Below are positions 1-10,259 of a DNA stretch of 64,000 nucleotides, piece by piece. This stretch comes from an uncultured archaeon (GTDB lineage: Archaea > Asgardarchaeota > Lokiarchaeia > Sigyniarchaeales > SOKP01). Numbering within the stretch: the first letter of the stretch is position 1; each line of letters opens with the position of its first letter. Below the pieces are notes generated by a model that was not told where the DNA came from, made no database searches, and saw nothing but the letters and a program-made list of their open reading frames with translations. The stretch lies in NCBI GenBank assembly GCA_964486045.1, contig CAZALK010000004.1:224001-288000 (forward strand). The letters run 5' to 3'. The position numbers and the translations under genes are program-made.

Positions 1-100
1 TTGTATATGAATAAAAGATTGTTTTTACACTTTCTTATTTGGGATAACGTTATGCCTAAGCATTTATCATATTTATATAAAAGAAATTCCCATATTCATT

Positions 101-550
101 ATGGAGAAATTTAATATTGATTTTGGAAAACTGAAAGTTGACCAGTTGGGGTTTGTATTCAAAGATATCGAGAAACAAGCTAAAATTATCGAAGAATTAT
201 ATGGTCTCTCTAAATTTGTATATTTACCAATAGGAGAAGCCCCAACTGAATATAAGGGCAAGAAATCGAAAACTAAAGCAAAACTAGGGTTTAGCCAATT
301 AGGCGATACTGAAATTGAATTAATAGAATGGAAAGAGGGTGAAAGTCCATACAAAGAATTTTTGGAACAAGAACGAGAAGGATTCCACCATATAGGAATT
401 AATGTTGATGATATCGATCCCCACCTTAAGGAATTTAAAGAAAAAGGAATAGAAATTTTATTCTATGGTGAAATTGGCAATAGTAAATTTGCCTATATGG
501 ATACTGAACAGACATTTGGTATAATAGTAGAATTTATCCAAAGGGGCTAA
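101..550 (+). CDS. VOC/glyoxalase-family protein (methylmalonyl-CoA epimerase-like)
   Basis: 149 aa; 'VDQLGFVFKDIE', 'EIELIE', 'GFHHIGINVDD' and C-terminal 'IVEFIQ' match the VOC metal-binding pattern. Confidence 0.8.
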   Translation: MEKFNIDFGKLKVDQLGFVFKDIEKQAKIIEELYGLSKFVYLPIGEAPTEYKGKKSKTKAKLGFSQLGDTEIELIEWKEGESPYKEFLEQEREGFHHIGINVDDIDPHLKEFKEKGIEILFYGEIGNSKFAYMDTEQTFGIIVEFIQRG

Positions 551-736
551 ACCCGGAAGTTTTATCTCACTACTAAATTTTCTTTCGTTTCTGGATGTTT
601 TAAGTTACAGATTGATAAACTTACTAATGAATTATACAAATACATCCACGGCAACAAAGAAGGAATTTAAAACCCTATTTTTTTTAGTTTCTATTATCTG
701 ATCTATTTAACAATAGCATTATATGCTAAGAAGCTT

Positions 737-1174
737 TTACGTGAAAATTTGTTCCACTTGCTTCAGACTTTTTACATTTTTTTTTAAAGTTGAAGGTAGT
801 TTTTTTATAGTTTTGTCATCTGCCGTGATAAAAACTTTTTCTAAACCTATACTTAATCCTAGATAGGAGGCATCATAAATTGAAATCTCATGGTCAACAG
901 CAAATTTTATCATGAGTTTGCGTATCTCCTTTTTAATAGTGATTACTTTAAATCCATAATTCTCTAAACTCTCTCCAGCATCGTTAAGTTCACTTGCATC
1001 AAATAATTGACTATATTTCAATGCATTCAAGACTTCAAAGTATAATAATGATGGAACTATCAACTCAATTTTGCCGTCTATGAACTTATCTCGTAGAAGT
1101 CTTGCTTTATCTGAACCATTTTCTTCTATGAACCACTTAACGACTACACTAGCATCAATAACTATTTCGTTCAT
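737..1174 (-). CDS. vapC: PIN-domain toxin, type II toxin-antitoxin
   Basis: 'IVIDASVVVKW', 'FEVLNAL', 'SIYDASYL' and 'FITADD' acidic PIN motifs; downstream of a small RHH gene. Confidence 0.9.
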   Translation of the reverse strand: MNEIVIDASVVVKWFIEENGSDKARLLRDKFIDGKIELIVPSLLYFEVLNALKYSQLFDASELNDAGESLENYGFKVITIKKEIRKLMIKFAVDHEISIYDASYLGLSIGLEKVFITADDKTIKKLPSTLKKNVKSLKQVEQIFT

Positions 1175-1199
1175 TTAATTTTGCACTCCTAATCTTTTT

Positions 1200-1430
1200 T
1201 TAATGCCTTTCTTCCCTGAATTTACGAATAAGATCCACGCTATTGAAATTTTCAGGAGCCATTTTTCTGATTTTTTCATTTAGCAAAACAGCTTTAGCTC
1301 TATTCATCTCTGTTTCATTCTGAATTTCTGATTTAATAGCTTTCCGAATAACTTCACTCCAGTTAAGGTGCTTAAGCGAATCCATTTTCTTTTTTAATTC
1401 AGGATCTATTCTTACACTTATGTTTGTCAT
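1200..1430 (-). CDS. vapB: Ribbon-helix-helix antitoxin
   Basis: 76 aa 'MTNISVRIDPELKKKMD...NWSEVIRKAI' RHH pattern, immediately upstream of the PIN toxin. Confidence 0.85.
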   Translation of the reverse strand: MTNISVRIDPELKKKMDSLKHLNWSEVIRKAIKSEIQNETEMNRAKAVLLNEKIRKMAPENFNSVDLIRKFREERH

Positions 1431-1440
1431 TTTGCATCAG

Positions 1441-1463
1441 TATATACATATAATACGTATATA
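1441..1463. promoter_or_regulatory. Inverted repeat TATATAC-N9-GTATATA, putative VapBC operator
   Basis: Perfect 7-bp inverted repeat about 10 bp upstream of the antitoxin start; AT-rich, so chance is possible. Confidence 0.45.
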
Positions 1464-1667
1464 AAAATATTACGATTTAAATAAATTTTGTAATGGTATA
1501 TCTTTCGGTCTTGTATCCTTAATAACTGTGAAACATAAAAGCATATTCGACTCATAACTATTTTTTTTGTTATTTTTTTATAAGAATATGAGTTGATTCT
1601 AAACAATCGGTTTGAATTCTCTCATTAGCATCACCAATTCAAATCAAAATTAGAAAATTTATCAAAA

Positions 1668-1680
1668 CAACAATTTATTA
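1668..1680 (+). promoter_or_regulatory. Putative BRE/TATA promoter element CAACAATTTATTA
   Basis: Identical 13-mer about 50 bp upstream of both tandem CoA ligase genes (other copy at 3491-3503). Confidence 0.55.
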
Positions 1681-1732
1681 TAATTTACATGATTCTAAAA
1701 AAATAAAATTACTAATAGGTTTTGAAAAAAAA

Positions 1733-3439
1733 ATGTCATCATCAATTGAAACACTCAGAAAAAATATACAAGAAAAGAATAATATCACTCCCACAACGAG
1801 TTTCGCTGATTTAGTAAAAACTAAAGCAGAGGTAGTCGGCAATAAAGTTTACCTAACATTCATTCGAGATTTTGACAAAGGCATAGATGAAACTTATACA
1901 TACAGCGATATGCATCTGCAATCCAACCGAGTCGCTAACGCTCTATTGAATGCAGGATTGAAAAGAGGAGATGGTATTTCTATCTATCAAATCAACAGTC
2001 CCGAATTTCTGTTTGTATTATTTGGTGCCTGGAAAATTGGAATATATACAGTACTTGTGAATACAGGATTGAAGGGTGATGGACTACAATATATCATAGA
2101 TCATAGTGACAGTAAACTTATTGCAACACATTGGTCTTTAATGGATAATTGTTTAAAGATAAAGGATCAGTTACCAAAAATTGAGCACATTTTAGTAGAC
2201 ATGAATGAAGCCCCTGAAGATTTTACATTACCTGATGGGGTAACATCTCTTCAAGAATTTATGGATGCATCTGATGAGGATACTAATGTTAAAATAGATC
2301 CGAAGGATATGGCTACTCTAATCTATACTTCAGGAACAACAGGACTCCCTAAAGCCACCACTTTCTTTCATAGAGGCATGTATGGAATTGCTTTCATTGG
2401 AGTAATGATATGGGCTTCTAGAATAGCACAACCTGGCTTTAAACTTTATACTTGCTTACCTTTATTTCATGGAAATGCACTACAATTATGCGCTATGCCC
2501 GGGTATTATGGCGAAGTTCCTGTCGTGCTATCTAAACGATTTTCAGCCTCACGGCTTTGGGATATAGTACGAAAATATGAGGTTACCACCTTTAACGTTT
2601 TAGGTTCAATGCCACAATATTTAATGAAACAACCACCTCGTCCAAATGATAAAGGCCATAAAGTTCAATTTGTTGGCTCTGCTGCAGCTCCAAAAGAATT
2701 GGTGAGAGATTTTGAGGAGAGGTTTGGACTAAAATTATGGGAAGGATACGGCGCAGTAGATGGTGGGGGTTTCAGTTTGGGAGCCCAAGGAGACCCAAAT
2801 GCCCCCGTAGGTTCTATGGGAAAAGTACAAGGAGGTACTATTGGCGAAATTATGGATGACGATTTAAATATTTTAGGACCTGATGAGGTTGGGGAATTAG
2901 TCTTTCTAGTTAAGGAAGCCGAAAAAGATCAACGAAAAGTATCCTATTACAAGAATCCAGAAGCATCGGCAGCACGAATTCAAAAAGCTTCTGATGGTAG
3001 GTTTTGGTTTCTCACCGGTGATTTAGCTACTAGAGATGATAATGGTTGGTATTTCTTTGTAGATCGAAAGAAAGATTCAATCCGTCGACGTGGTGAAAAT
3101 ATCGCTGCATGGTCTATTGAACGAGCTATTAATCTACACGATAAAGTACTGGAATCTGCCGCTTATGGTATTAAAGGACATCAAGTTGGAGAAGATTATG
3201 CTGAAGACGAAGTTATGGTTGCTGTAGTATTACAACCAAATCAAACAATGGAAGCTGAAGAATTATTGGATTATCTTCAAGATAAGCTTGCTTATTTTCA
3301 AATACCTCGCTTCATAGATTTTGTTGATGAGTTGCCAAAGTCGAAAGTTCATAGAATAATGAAAAGATTCCTAAAAGAACATGGTGTAACACAAACAACC
3401 TACGACCGAGAAAAGGCAGGTTATGAGGTAAAGAGATAA
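1733..3439 (+). CDS. AMP-forming acyl-CoA synthetase (CaiC-like), paralog 1
   Basis: 'YTSGTTGLPK', 'EGYGAVD', 'TGDL', 'DRKKDSIRRRGENI' and 'LPKS' ANL motifs. Confidence 0.92.
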   Translation: MSSSIETLRKNIQEKNNITPTTSFADLVKTKAEVVGNKVYLTFIRDFDKGIDETYTYSDMHLQSNRVANALLNAGLKRGDGISIYQINSPEFLFVLFGAWKIGIYTVLVNTGLKGDGLQYIIDHSDSKLIATHWSLMDNCLKIKDQLPKIEHILVDMNEAPEDFTLPDGVTSLQEFMDASDEDTNVKIDPKDMATLIYTSGTTGLPKATTFFHRGMYGIAFIGVMIWASRIAQPGFKLYTCLPLFHGNALQLCAMPGYYGEVPVVLSKRFSASRLWDIVRKYEVTTFNVLGSMPQYLMKQPPRPNDKGHKVQFVGSAAAPKELVRDFEERFGLKLWEGYGAVDGGGFSLGAQGDPNAPVGSMGKVQGGTIGEIMDDDLNILGPDEVGELVFLVKEAEKDQRKVSYYKNPEASAARIQKASDGRFWFLTGDLATRDDNGWYFFVDRKKDSIRRRGENIAAWSIERAINLHDKVLESAAYGIKGHQVGEDYAEDEVMVAVVLQPNQTMEAEELLDYLQDKLAYFQIPRFIDFVDELPKSKVHRIMKRFLKEHGVTQTTYDREKAGYEVKR

Positions 3440-3445
3440 GATCAT

Positions 3446-3463
3446 ATTTTTTTTTCCTTTTTC
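3446..3463 (+). terminator. Oligo-T archaeal terminator
   Basis: Long T tract directly after the stop codon. Confidence 0.5.
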
Positions 3464-3490
3464 TTCTGATCTCATTTTATCTAATTGTAT

Positions 3491-3503
3491 CAACAATTTA
3501 TTA
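3491..3503 (+). promoter_or_regulatory. Putative BRE/TATA promoter element CAACAATTTATTA (second copy)
   Basis: Identical to 1668-1680, with similar spacing to the start codon. Confidence 0.55.
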
Positions 3504-3551
3504 AACTTTATACAATTTTACAAACTAAAATTACAAATTGATTGAAGAATT

Positions 3552-5258
3552 ATGGGGATGTCGTTTGAGTCAATTAGGAAGTTTCTAGTTGAGAAGAATA
3601 AGATAACTCCTACATCTACTTTCGCTGATCTCGTAAAAAATAAAGCGGAAACAGTAGGAGATAAAGTTTTCATGACCTATATTAGGGATTTTGACAAAGG
3701 CATTGATGAAAAATACACATATCGAGACATGCATATAATGTCCAATCGATTAGCGAATGGATTTTTAAAGCTGGGGCTACAGCGAGGGGATGGGGTTTCT
3801 ATAGTCCAAATTAATAGTCCTGAATTTCTTTTTGCGCTGTTTGGTGCGTATAAAATTGGGAATTACGTAGTGTTAGTAAATACGGGTTTGAAAGGTGATG
3901 GCCTGCAATATATCATTGATCATTCAGACAGTAAAACTCTCGTAATACACTGGACGTTATTAGACAACTATCTAAATATTAAAGACCAATTACCAAAGAT
4001 CAAGTGTGTCATTGTAGATATAAATGAAGCTCCACCTGATTATAAACTGTCTGATGGTATATTATCACTTCAAAGTGTGATGGAGGCATCAGAGGATGAT
4101 GTAAACGTAGAGATAAAACCAGATGATATGTCAATGTTAATGTATACATCTGGGACTACAGGATTACCAAAAGCCACAACTTCTTTTTTTAGGGGTATGA
4201 TTGGATATGCTCTTCTTGGATCAGCATATTTTGCATACGGTCTGGGACGACCTGGGGACACTTTCTTTACATGCTTACCTCTATTCCATGGAAATGCACT
4301 GGGATTAACAACAATGCCGGCATACACAGCAGAATTTCCCCTTGTGTTAGGTAAAAGATTTTCAGCCTCAAGATTCTGGGATATAATACGAAAATACGGA
4401 GTTACGAACTACAACTTACTCGGTTCGATGCCACAGTATTTAATGAAGCAGCCAGAGCGCCCAAATGATAAAGATCATAAAGTTTGGCGTGTTAATTCAG
4501 CAGCCTGCCCAAAAGAACTCGTAAGAGCTTTTGAAGAGAGATTTGGCTTAAAATTGTATGAAGGATATGGTGCAGTTGATGGGGGTGGTTTTAGCTTAGG
4601 CACAGGAGGTTCTCCGGATGCTCCAGTAGGCTCGATGGGAAGGCCACCTGAAGGAGTTACTGCTGAAATAATGGATGATGATATGAAAATTTTAGGTGCA
4701 GATGTAGTAGGAGAATTAGTCTTCCTTATTAAAGAAGAGGAAAAGGCAACGAGAAAGGTATCTTATTATAAGAATCCCGAAGCATCTGCAGCACGTACTA
4801 AAGTGGCACCGGATGGTAGGTCGTGGTTCCTTTCGGGGGATTTAGCAACTAAAGATGAGAATGGATGGTTCTTTTTTGTAGATCGGAAAAAGGATTCGAT
4901 TAGACGAAGGGGGGAAAATATGTCTGCTTGGAGTATTGAAAGAGTAATTAATGCTCACGATAAAGTACTTGAATCCGCAGCGTATGGTATTAAAGGGCCT
5001 CAAGTAGGAGAAGACTATGCTGAAGATGAAGTAATGGCTGCTGTGATTTTAAAACCCGGTAAAACAATGACAGCTGAGGAATTATTAGATTTTATAAAAG
5101 ATAAGCTAGCATACTTTCAAGTTCCTCGATTCATTGATATTCTAGATGAACTCCCAAAAAGCAAAGTCCATAGGATAATGAAAAGATTCCTAAAAGATCG
5201 CGGTGTAACTGAAACAACCTATGATCGTGAAAAAACGGGTTATGAGATAAAAAGATAG
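3552..5258 (+). CDS. AMP-forming acyl-CoA synthetase (CaiC-like), paralog 2
   Basis: Same ANL motifs; colinear with paralog 1 and also 568 aa. Confidence 0.92.
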   Translation: MGMSFESIRKFLVEKNKITPTSTFADLVKNKAETVGDKVFMTYIRDFDKGIDEKYTYRDMHIMSNRLANGFLKLGLQRGDGVSIVQINSPEFLFALFGAYKIGNYVVLVNTGLKGDGLQYIIDHSDSKTLVIHWTLLDNYLNIKDQLPKIKCVIVDINEAPPDYKLSDGILSLQSVMEASEDDVNVEIKPDDMSMLMYTSGTTGLPKATTSFFRGMIGYALLGSAYFAYGLGRPGDTFFTCLPLFHGNALGLTTMPAYTAEFPLVLGKRFSASRFWDIIRKYGVTNYNLLGSMPQYLMKQPERPNDKDHKVWRVNSAACPKELVRAFEERFGLKLYEGYGAVDGGGFSLGTGGSPDAPVGSMGRPPEGVTAEIMDDDMKILGADVVGELVFLIKEEEKATRKVSYYKNPEASAARTKVAPDGRSWFLSGDLATKDENGWFFFVDRKKDSIRRRGENMSAWSIERVINAHDKVLESAAYGIKGPQVGEDYAEDEVMAAVILKPGKTMTAEELLDFIKDKLAYFQVPRFIDILDELPKSKVHRIMKRFLKDRGVTETTYDREKTGYEIKR

Positions 5259-5436
5259 AGATAACTGATTTGTTATTTTTTTTATTTTTAGAATTTTTAG
5301 TTTAATCCAAAGAGTTTTTCTGGACCTGAAAACAACAAAAAGAATTGTTTATACTAATTTTATATGTGTTTTATTGAAACAAAAAGCCTAAAAATAATAT
5401 AAGTTTATAGAAACCTACTTACTGAGTCTAGAATAT

Positions 5437-6873
5437 ATGATGACAAAGCCAAATATTATCTTGATCTTTCCCGATCAGCATAGAGGAGATGTAATGGGTT
5501 GTATGGGAGATCCAGTAGTTATTACACCAAACCTTGATAAACTTGCAACTGAAGGTGTTGTATTCACTCAATGTTTCACCAATTCTCCATTATGCATTCC
5601 AGCTCGGGCTACACTGATGACAGGGAAATATGTTAGTGATCATGGAGTGATTAATAATAATATAGAGGCTAGTAGCTCAAGTTAGAGTCATGTAAGAAAT
5701 ATTAAAGATGCGGGGTACCATACTGCTGTAATTGGAAAAACCCATTTATATGTCCATGGAGGAAATTCAGAAGAAACTCATACCAATGAAAAGATTGATG
5801 TAATAAAGGAATGGGGTTTTGATGACATTCACGAAATTACCGGCCCAATAGCGTCTATTAGACTTGATTCACCTTATACAGATTATTTAAAAGAAAAAGG
5901 TTTACTAGAAGATCATCGAAAATATCTAAGAGACTATTATGCAGAATGGACTCGTGGTGAAGCAAAACCGTGGAAATTACCCCCCTCTCCTCTCCCATCA
6001 GAAGATCTATTAGATAGTTACACAGGTCAAAAAGCTGTAGAGTGGATACATGATTACGATGGCGAAAAACCTTTTTATCTTCAAATCTGCTTCCCAGGAC
6101 CTCATGATCCATTTGATTCACCTCAAGAATATCGAGATTTGTATGATTCAGAAGAAATGCCTGAAGGAATTTTAGAAATGCCAAAAAAACCATATCCGGG
6201 TAATATCAATTTTGTATTGAACTGGAGTGGGCTTGACGGGATGACATCAGCTCAAAATCAGATAATGAAAACTTTCTATTATGGGAAGATAACTTTAATT
6301 GATGAATGGATCGGGAAAATCGTGAGTGTTTTAGAAGAAAAGGAGTTATTAGATAATACATTGATTATATATACTTCTGATCATGGTGAAATGCTGGGAG
6401 ATCACATGATGAGTCATAAAATTGTATTTTATGAAGGAGCCTTAAGGATTCCACTCATCGTTAGACCACCAGGGGGTACTAATGGGTGGTGTTGTAATGG
6501 ACTCACTGATCAAATCGATATTGCGGTTTCTTTAATTGATACTGCTAATGCAAAACCATTAGAAGATTGCGATGGTAGATCATTGATTCCTCAAATTTTA
6601 GCTGGATCTGAAGATACACATGCACAACAAGGAAAAGATGTTATTTTTAGTCAAGTTCTTCAATATACTATGATCAGGAATGAACAATATAAATTGGTTG
6701 TAAGATCCCATAATCTAGAACCTGTAGAATTTTATGATCTCAAAAAGGATCCGAAAGAATTAGAAAATAAGGTTAAAGATCCATCACTAAGCGATCTTAG
6801 ACAAAAATTAATTGATAAGCATTTAACAATACTACTTGAACCTTCTAGAATGAAAATACCACCTAAATTGTAA
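5437..6873 (+). pseudogene. Sulfatase (choline/aryl-sulfatase-like) interrupted by one in-frame TAG at 5683-5685; about 478 codons if read through
   Basis: 'PNIILIFPDQHR' and 'CIPAR' (CxPxR) precede the TAG. The same frame continues stop-free as 'SHVRNIKDAGYHTAVIGKTHLY...FPGPHDPF' into the 6139..6873 ORF ('YTSDHGEMLGDH', 'FYDLKKDPKE'). Confidence 0.85.
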
Positions 6874-6878
6874 ATTTA

Positions 6879-7397
6879 ATGGTTAAAATGAATGATATTG
6901 ATGTTAGAAAAAAAAGCCCATTCACCATTGTTTCTTCGATATTAGTGTCAGAAAAATTGCTCCCCTCCAAAACAATTAAAGGAGAATATTTAGAAACTTA
7001 TGCCATCACCCCTACAATCATAATAGATAAAATAGATATTCGAAATAAGAAGGATATATTCGAGTTTGCATCAAGAAAAAAAATTTCTGATCAAATATTC
7101 GTACTAGCTCGAATGTATCTTTATGTGGATAACACAAATAATCACATATCATTCTATTTTGATGGTTTTCCTTGGTCTTATCTCTTAGAAAATGTTAATG
7201 AAGAAACCATCAAAAAGATAGATAGAATCTATGAGGAAGATCAAATCGCTGACTGTATCGAAGATAATTATCACCAAATCCAAGATCAACTCTCAAGAAT
7301 GACTGAAATACTCTTAAATGCTGGACATTCACTTACCTGTACTTTAAGATGGGCTGCAATCGAGAAATTGAATCCTCAAAACAGGATTGTAAACTAA
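6879..7397 (+). CDS. Hypothetical protein
   Basis: 172-aa ORF starting 5 bp after the sulfatase stop; no recognised motif. Confidence 0.6.
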   Translation: MVKMNDIDVRKKSPFTIVSSILVSEKLLPSKTIKGEYLETYAITPTIIIDKIDIRNKKDIFEFASRKKISDQIFVLARMYLYVDNTNNHISFYFDGFPWSYLLENVNEETIKKIDRIYEEDQIADCIEDNYHQIQDQLSRMTEILLNAGHSLTCTLRWAAIEKLNPQNRIVN

Positions 7398-7556
7398 ATC
7401 CAATCATAGAAACTTCTTTTTCTATACTTACATAATAGCAAATTATCGAAAATTACAAAGATAAATTTCAATTAATTACTTTTTTATTATTTCTTTCTTT
7501 AAGTTAGTGTATTAGATCTCAAAAAGAAGATATAAATTGATTAAGAGGGTAGAAAA

Positions 7557-9221
7557 ATGTCAGATTTTAAAATAACAGAAACAACCACATTTAATGAAGT
7601 GGTAAAAAATAAAGCTGAAACTATAGGAGACAAGGTTTTTTTAACATATATTCGTGATTTTGATAAGAATCTCGATGAAACTTTCAATTATCGCGATATG
7701 CATTTATATTCAAATAAGGTAGCAAACGGACTATCAAAATTGGGATTGAAAGCAGGAACTGGGCTTTCACTGATGGAAATAAATTCTCCTGAATTTTTAT
7801 TTGTTCTGTTTGCGACATGGAAACTAGGGGGGTATGCGGTGTTAATTAATACTGCCTTAAAAGGCTTAACGTTACAGTATATTATTGATCATAGTGATTC
7901 AGAAGTACTAGTTATACATTGGAGCATGATTGATTCTTACTTAGACATTAAGGATGAATTACCTAAAGTTAAGCATGTTATTGTAGATATTAATGAAGCA
8001 CCAGCAGATTTTAAGCTTCCTCATGGGATGAATTCGCTTCAAAAACTAATGGAATCACCTGATGATGATATCGATGCTGAAGTTGACTTTGAAGAAAAGA
8101 GTTATCTTATGTATACTTCGGGAACTACTGGACCCCCCAAGGCCACTACCTTTTTTTACAAAAAGACCGTTGCTGGTAATGCTTTAAATAACGCTTCTGG
8201 TTTAATAACATTATTTTTAGGGAAGGAAGATCAGGTTATGTTCACTTGTTTACCTTTATTTCACGGAAACGCTCTTCAAATAACAACAGTTCCAGGATAT
8301 CTGACAGAAAATCCCGTGATTCTTTCTAAAAGATTTAGTGCAAGTCGACTTTGGGATATATGCAGAAAATATAATGTTACATCCTTTAACCTATTAGGAG
8401 CGATGCCACAATTTATATTAAAACAACCAGAACGTGCTAATGATGGGGAAAACAAAGTTAAGTTAATTATTTCAGCAGCGTGCCCCAAAGAATTAGTGAT
8501 ACCATTTGAGAAGCGTTTTAATGTTGAGATTAAAGAATTTTATGGTGCTGTTGATGGAGGTGGCTATTTTCTTGGCCCATTTTTCCAAACGAATGTTCCT
8601 GTAGGCTCAATGGGTAAAACTCTAGGAAGTACCAAAGCAGGTATTATGGATGATGAAGGAAACCTATTAGGACCTGATGACGTAGGAGAACTTGTTTTCT
8701 TAGTCAAGAAGGGAGAGTTAGAAATGAGGAAAGTTACCTATTATAAGGATGAAACTTCAACTAATAATAAAATTCGAGTAGCTAAAGATGGAAACTTATG
8801 GCTTCATACAGGAGATCTAGCTACACAGGATGCCGATGGCTGGTTTTATTTTGTAGATAGAAAAAAGGATTCTATTAGGCGGAGAGGTGAGAATATTTCA
8901 CCATGGTCAGTAGAGCGTGTAATAAATCAAAATGACAAGGTGTTAGAGTCTGCTGCTTATGCGGTCCAACCTTCTGGGGTAGTAGAAGATGAGGTAATGG
9001 TTTCAGTCGTATTAAAACCTGGTGAATCAATGATGCCAGAAGAATTACTTGATTATTGTCAAGGTAAGATGGCTTATTTTATGGTACCACGATTCATAGA
9101 TTTCATTGATGAATTACCTAAAAGTAAAGTTCATAGAACCCTGAAACAAATTCTTAGAGATCGTGGAGTAACTGAAGCAACCTACGATAGAGAAAAAACA
9201 GGTTATGAAGTAAAAAAATAA
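7557..9221 (+). CDS. AMP-forming acyl-CoA synthetase (CaiC-like), paralog 3
   Basis: 'YTSGTTGPPK', 'EFYGAVD', 'HTGDL', 'RRRGENIS'; colinear with paralogs 1 and 2. Confidence 0.92.
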   Translation: MSDFKITETTTFNEVVKNKAETIGDKVFLTYIRDFDKNLDETFNYRDMHLYSNKVANGLSKLGLKAGTGLSLMEINSPEFLFVLFATWKLGGYAVLINTALKGLTLQYIIDHSDSEVLVIHWSMIDSYLDIKDELPKVKHVIVDINEAPADFKLPHGMNSLQKLMESPDDDIDAEVDFEEKSYLMYTSGTTGPPKATTFFYKKTVAGNALNNASGLITLFLGKEDQVMFTCLPLFHGNALQITTVPGYLTENPVILSKRFSASRLWDICRKYNVTSFNLLGAMPQFILKQPERANDGENKVKLIISAACPKELVIPFEKRFNVEIKEFYGAVDGGGYFLGPFFQTNVPVGSMGKTLGSTKAGIMDDEGNLLGPDDVGELVFLVKKGELEMRKVTYYKDETSTNNKIRVAKDGNLWLHTGDLATQDADGWFYFVDRKKDSIRRRGENISPWSVERVINQNDKVLESAAYAVQPSGVVEDEVMVSVVLKPGESMMPEELLDYCQGKMAYFMVPRFIDFIDELPKSKVHRTLKQILRDRGVTEATYDREKTGYEVKK

Positions 9222-9379
9222 ATTACATCACTTTTTTTCGATTTTTTTTCCAATTTCGCATTTAAAATTCAGAAAAACTTATTCAACTTAAAAAAGTAGA
9301 TCATTCAAGAATTTCAAAATCAAAACAGTTTTATTAGTTTCAACTTTGTTCTAAACAATTAAATTAATGGTAATGAATT

Positions 9380-10231
9380 ATGGAAACTTATAAATTTATT
9401 ATAGTTGATCAACCTGGGAAATATATAAATCGCATTACTCTAAACCGACCCGAAAAGCGTAATGCTTTAAATAATCAACTTAGAGGAGAAATTTTTAACG
9501 CTCTTGAAAAATCAGAGATGGATCAAGATATCCGAGTAACAATAATTAGGGGAGCTGGTACTTGTTTCTCAGCAGGATATGATCTTAACTCCGATACAAG
9601 AAAGGATCGTCCTTGGTTTACATCACCGGAACTTGGAGTCAGAACTTTTTCGTGGGCTCGACATGTTACCGAAGGATGGTTTAGGATGTGGGATATGGCT
9701 AAACCAATTATAGCACAAGTTCATGGTTACTGTTTAGCAGGTGGAAGTGAATTAGCAACAGCTTGTGATTTAGTATATGTTGCAGATGACGCCCAAATTG
9801 GATATCCTGCTGTCAGATCGATCTCCCCCCCAGATTTACAATATATGGTATGGTTAATGGGTTTGAGAGGAGCAATGGAGTTCATGTTAACAGGGTCTTC
9901 TCTTAGCGGAAGAGAAGCAGCACGTTTAGGCTATGCGAATCGTTCATATCCAGAAAAAGATTTGGAGGAAAAAGTTCTAGAGATAGCTAAAAGTGTTTCC
10001 ACTATCCCTCCTGACTTACAAATACTTAATAAAAGAAGTGTACATCAAGGTATGGAGATTATGGGTATTCGGACTGCTCTCCGTGCAGGTCACCCTTACG
10101 TTTCTTTAGCATGGTACACAAAATCTAATGCAGAATTTTTCAAACAAATGTATTCTGGTGGGGGTTTGAATAAAGCCCTTTCTGACCGCGATGGCAAATG
10201 GGGAGATTATAGAACTAAGAAAAAAGAATAG
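9380..10231 (+). CDS. Enoyl-CoA hydratase/isomerase (crotonase) family
   Basis: 'ITLNRPEKRNAL', 'FSAGYDL', 'KPIIAQVHGYCLAGGSEL'. Confidence 0.9.
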   Translation: METYKFIIVDQPGKYINRITLNRPEKRNALNNQLRGEIFNALEKSEMDQDIRVTIIRGAGTCFSAGYDLNSDTRKDRPWFTSPELGVRTFSWARHVTEGWFRMWDMAKPIIAQVHGYCLAGGSELATACDLVYVADDAQIGYPAVRSISPPDLQYMVWLMGLRGAMEFMLTGSSLSGREAARLGYANRSYPEKDLEEKVLEIAKSVSTIPPDLQILNKRSVHQGMEIMGIRTALRAGHPYVSLAWYTKSNAEFFKQMYSGGGLNKALSDRDGKWGDYRTKKKE

Positions 10232-10259
10232 TTGTTGATCGCGTGTAAAACTCAGTTGC

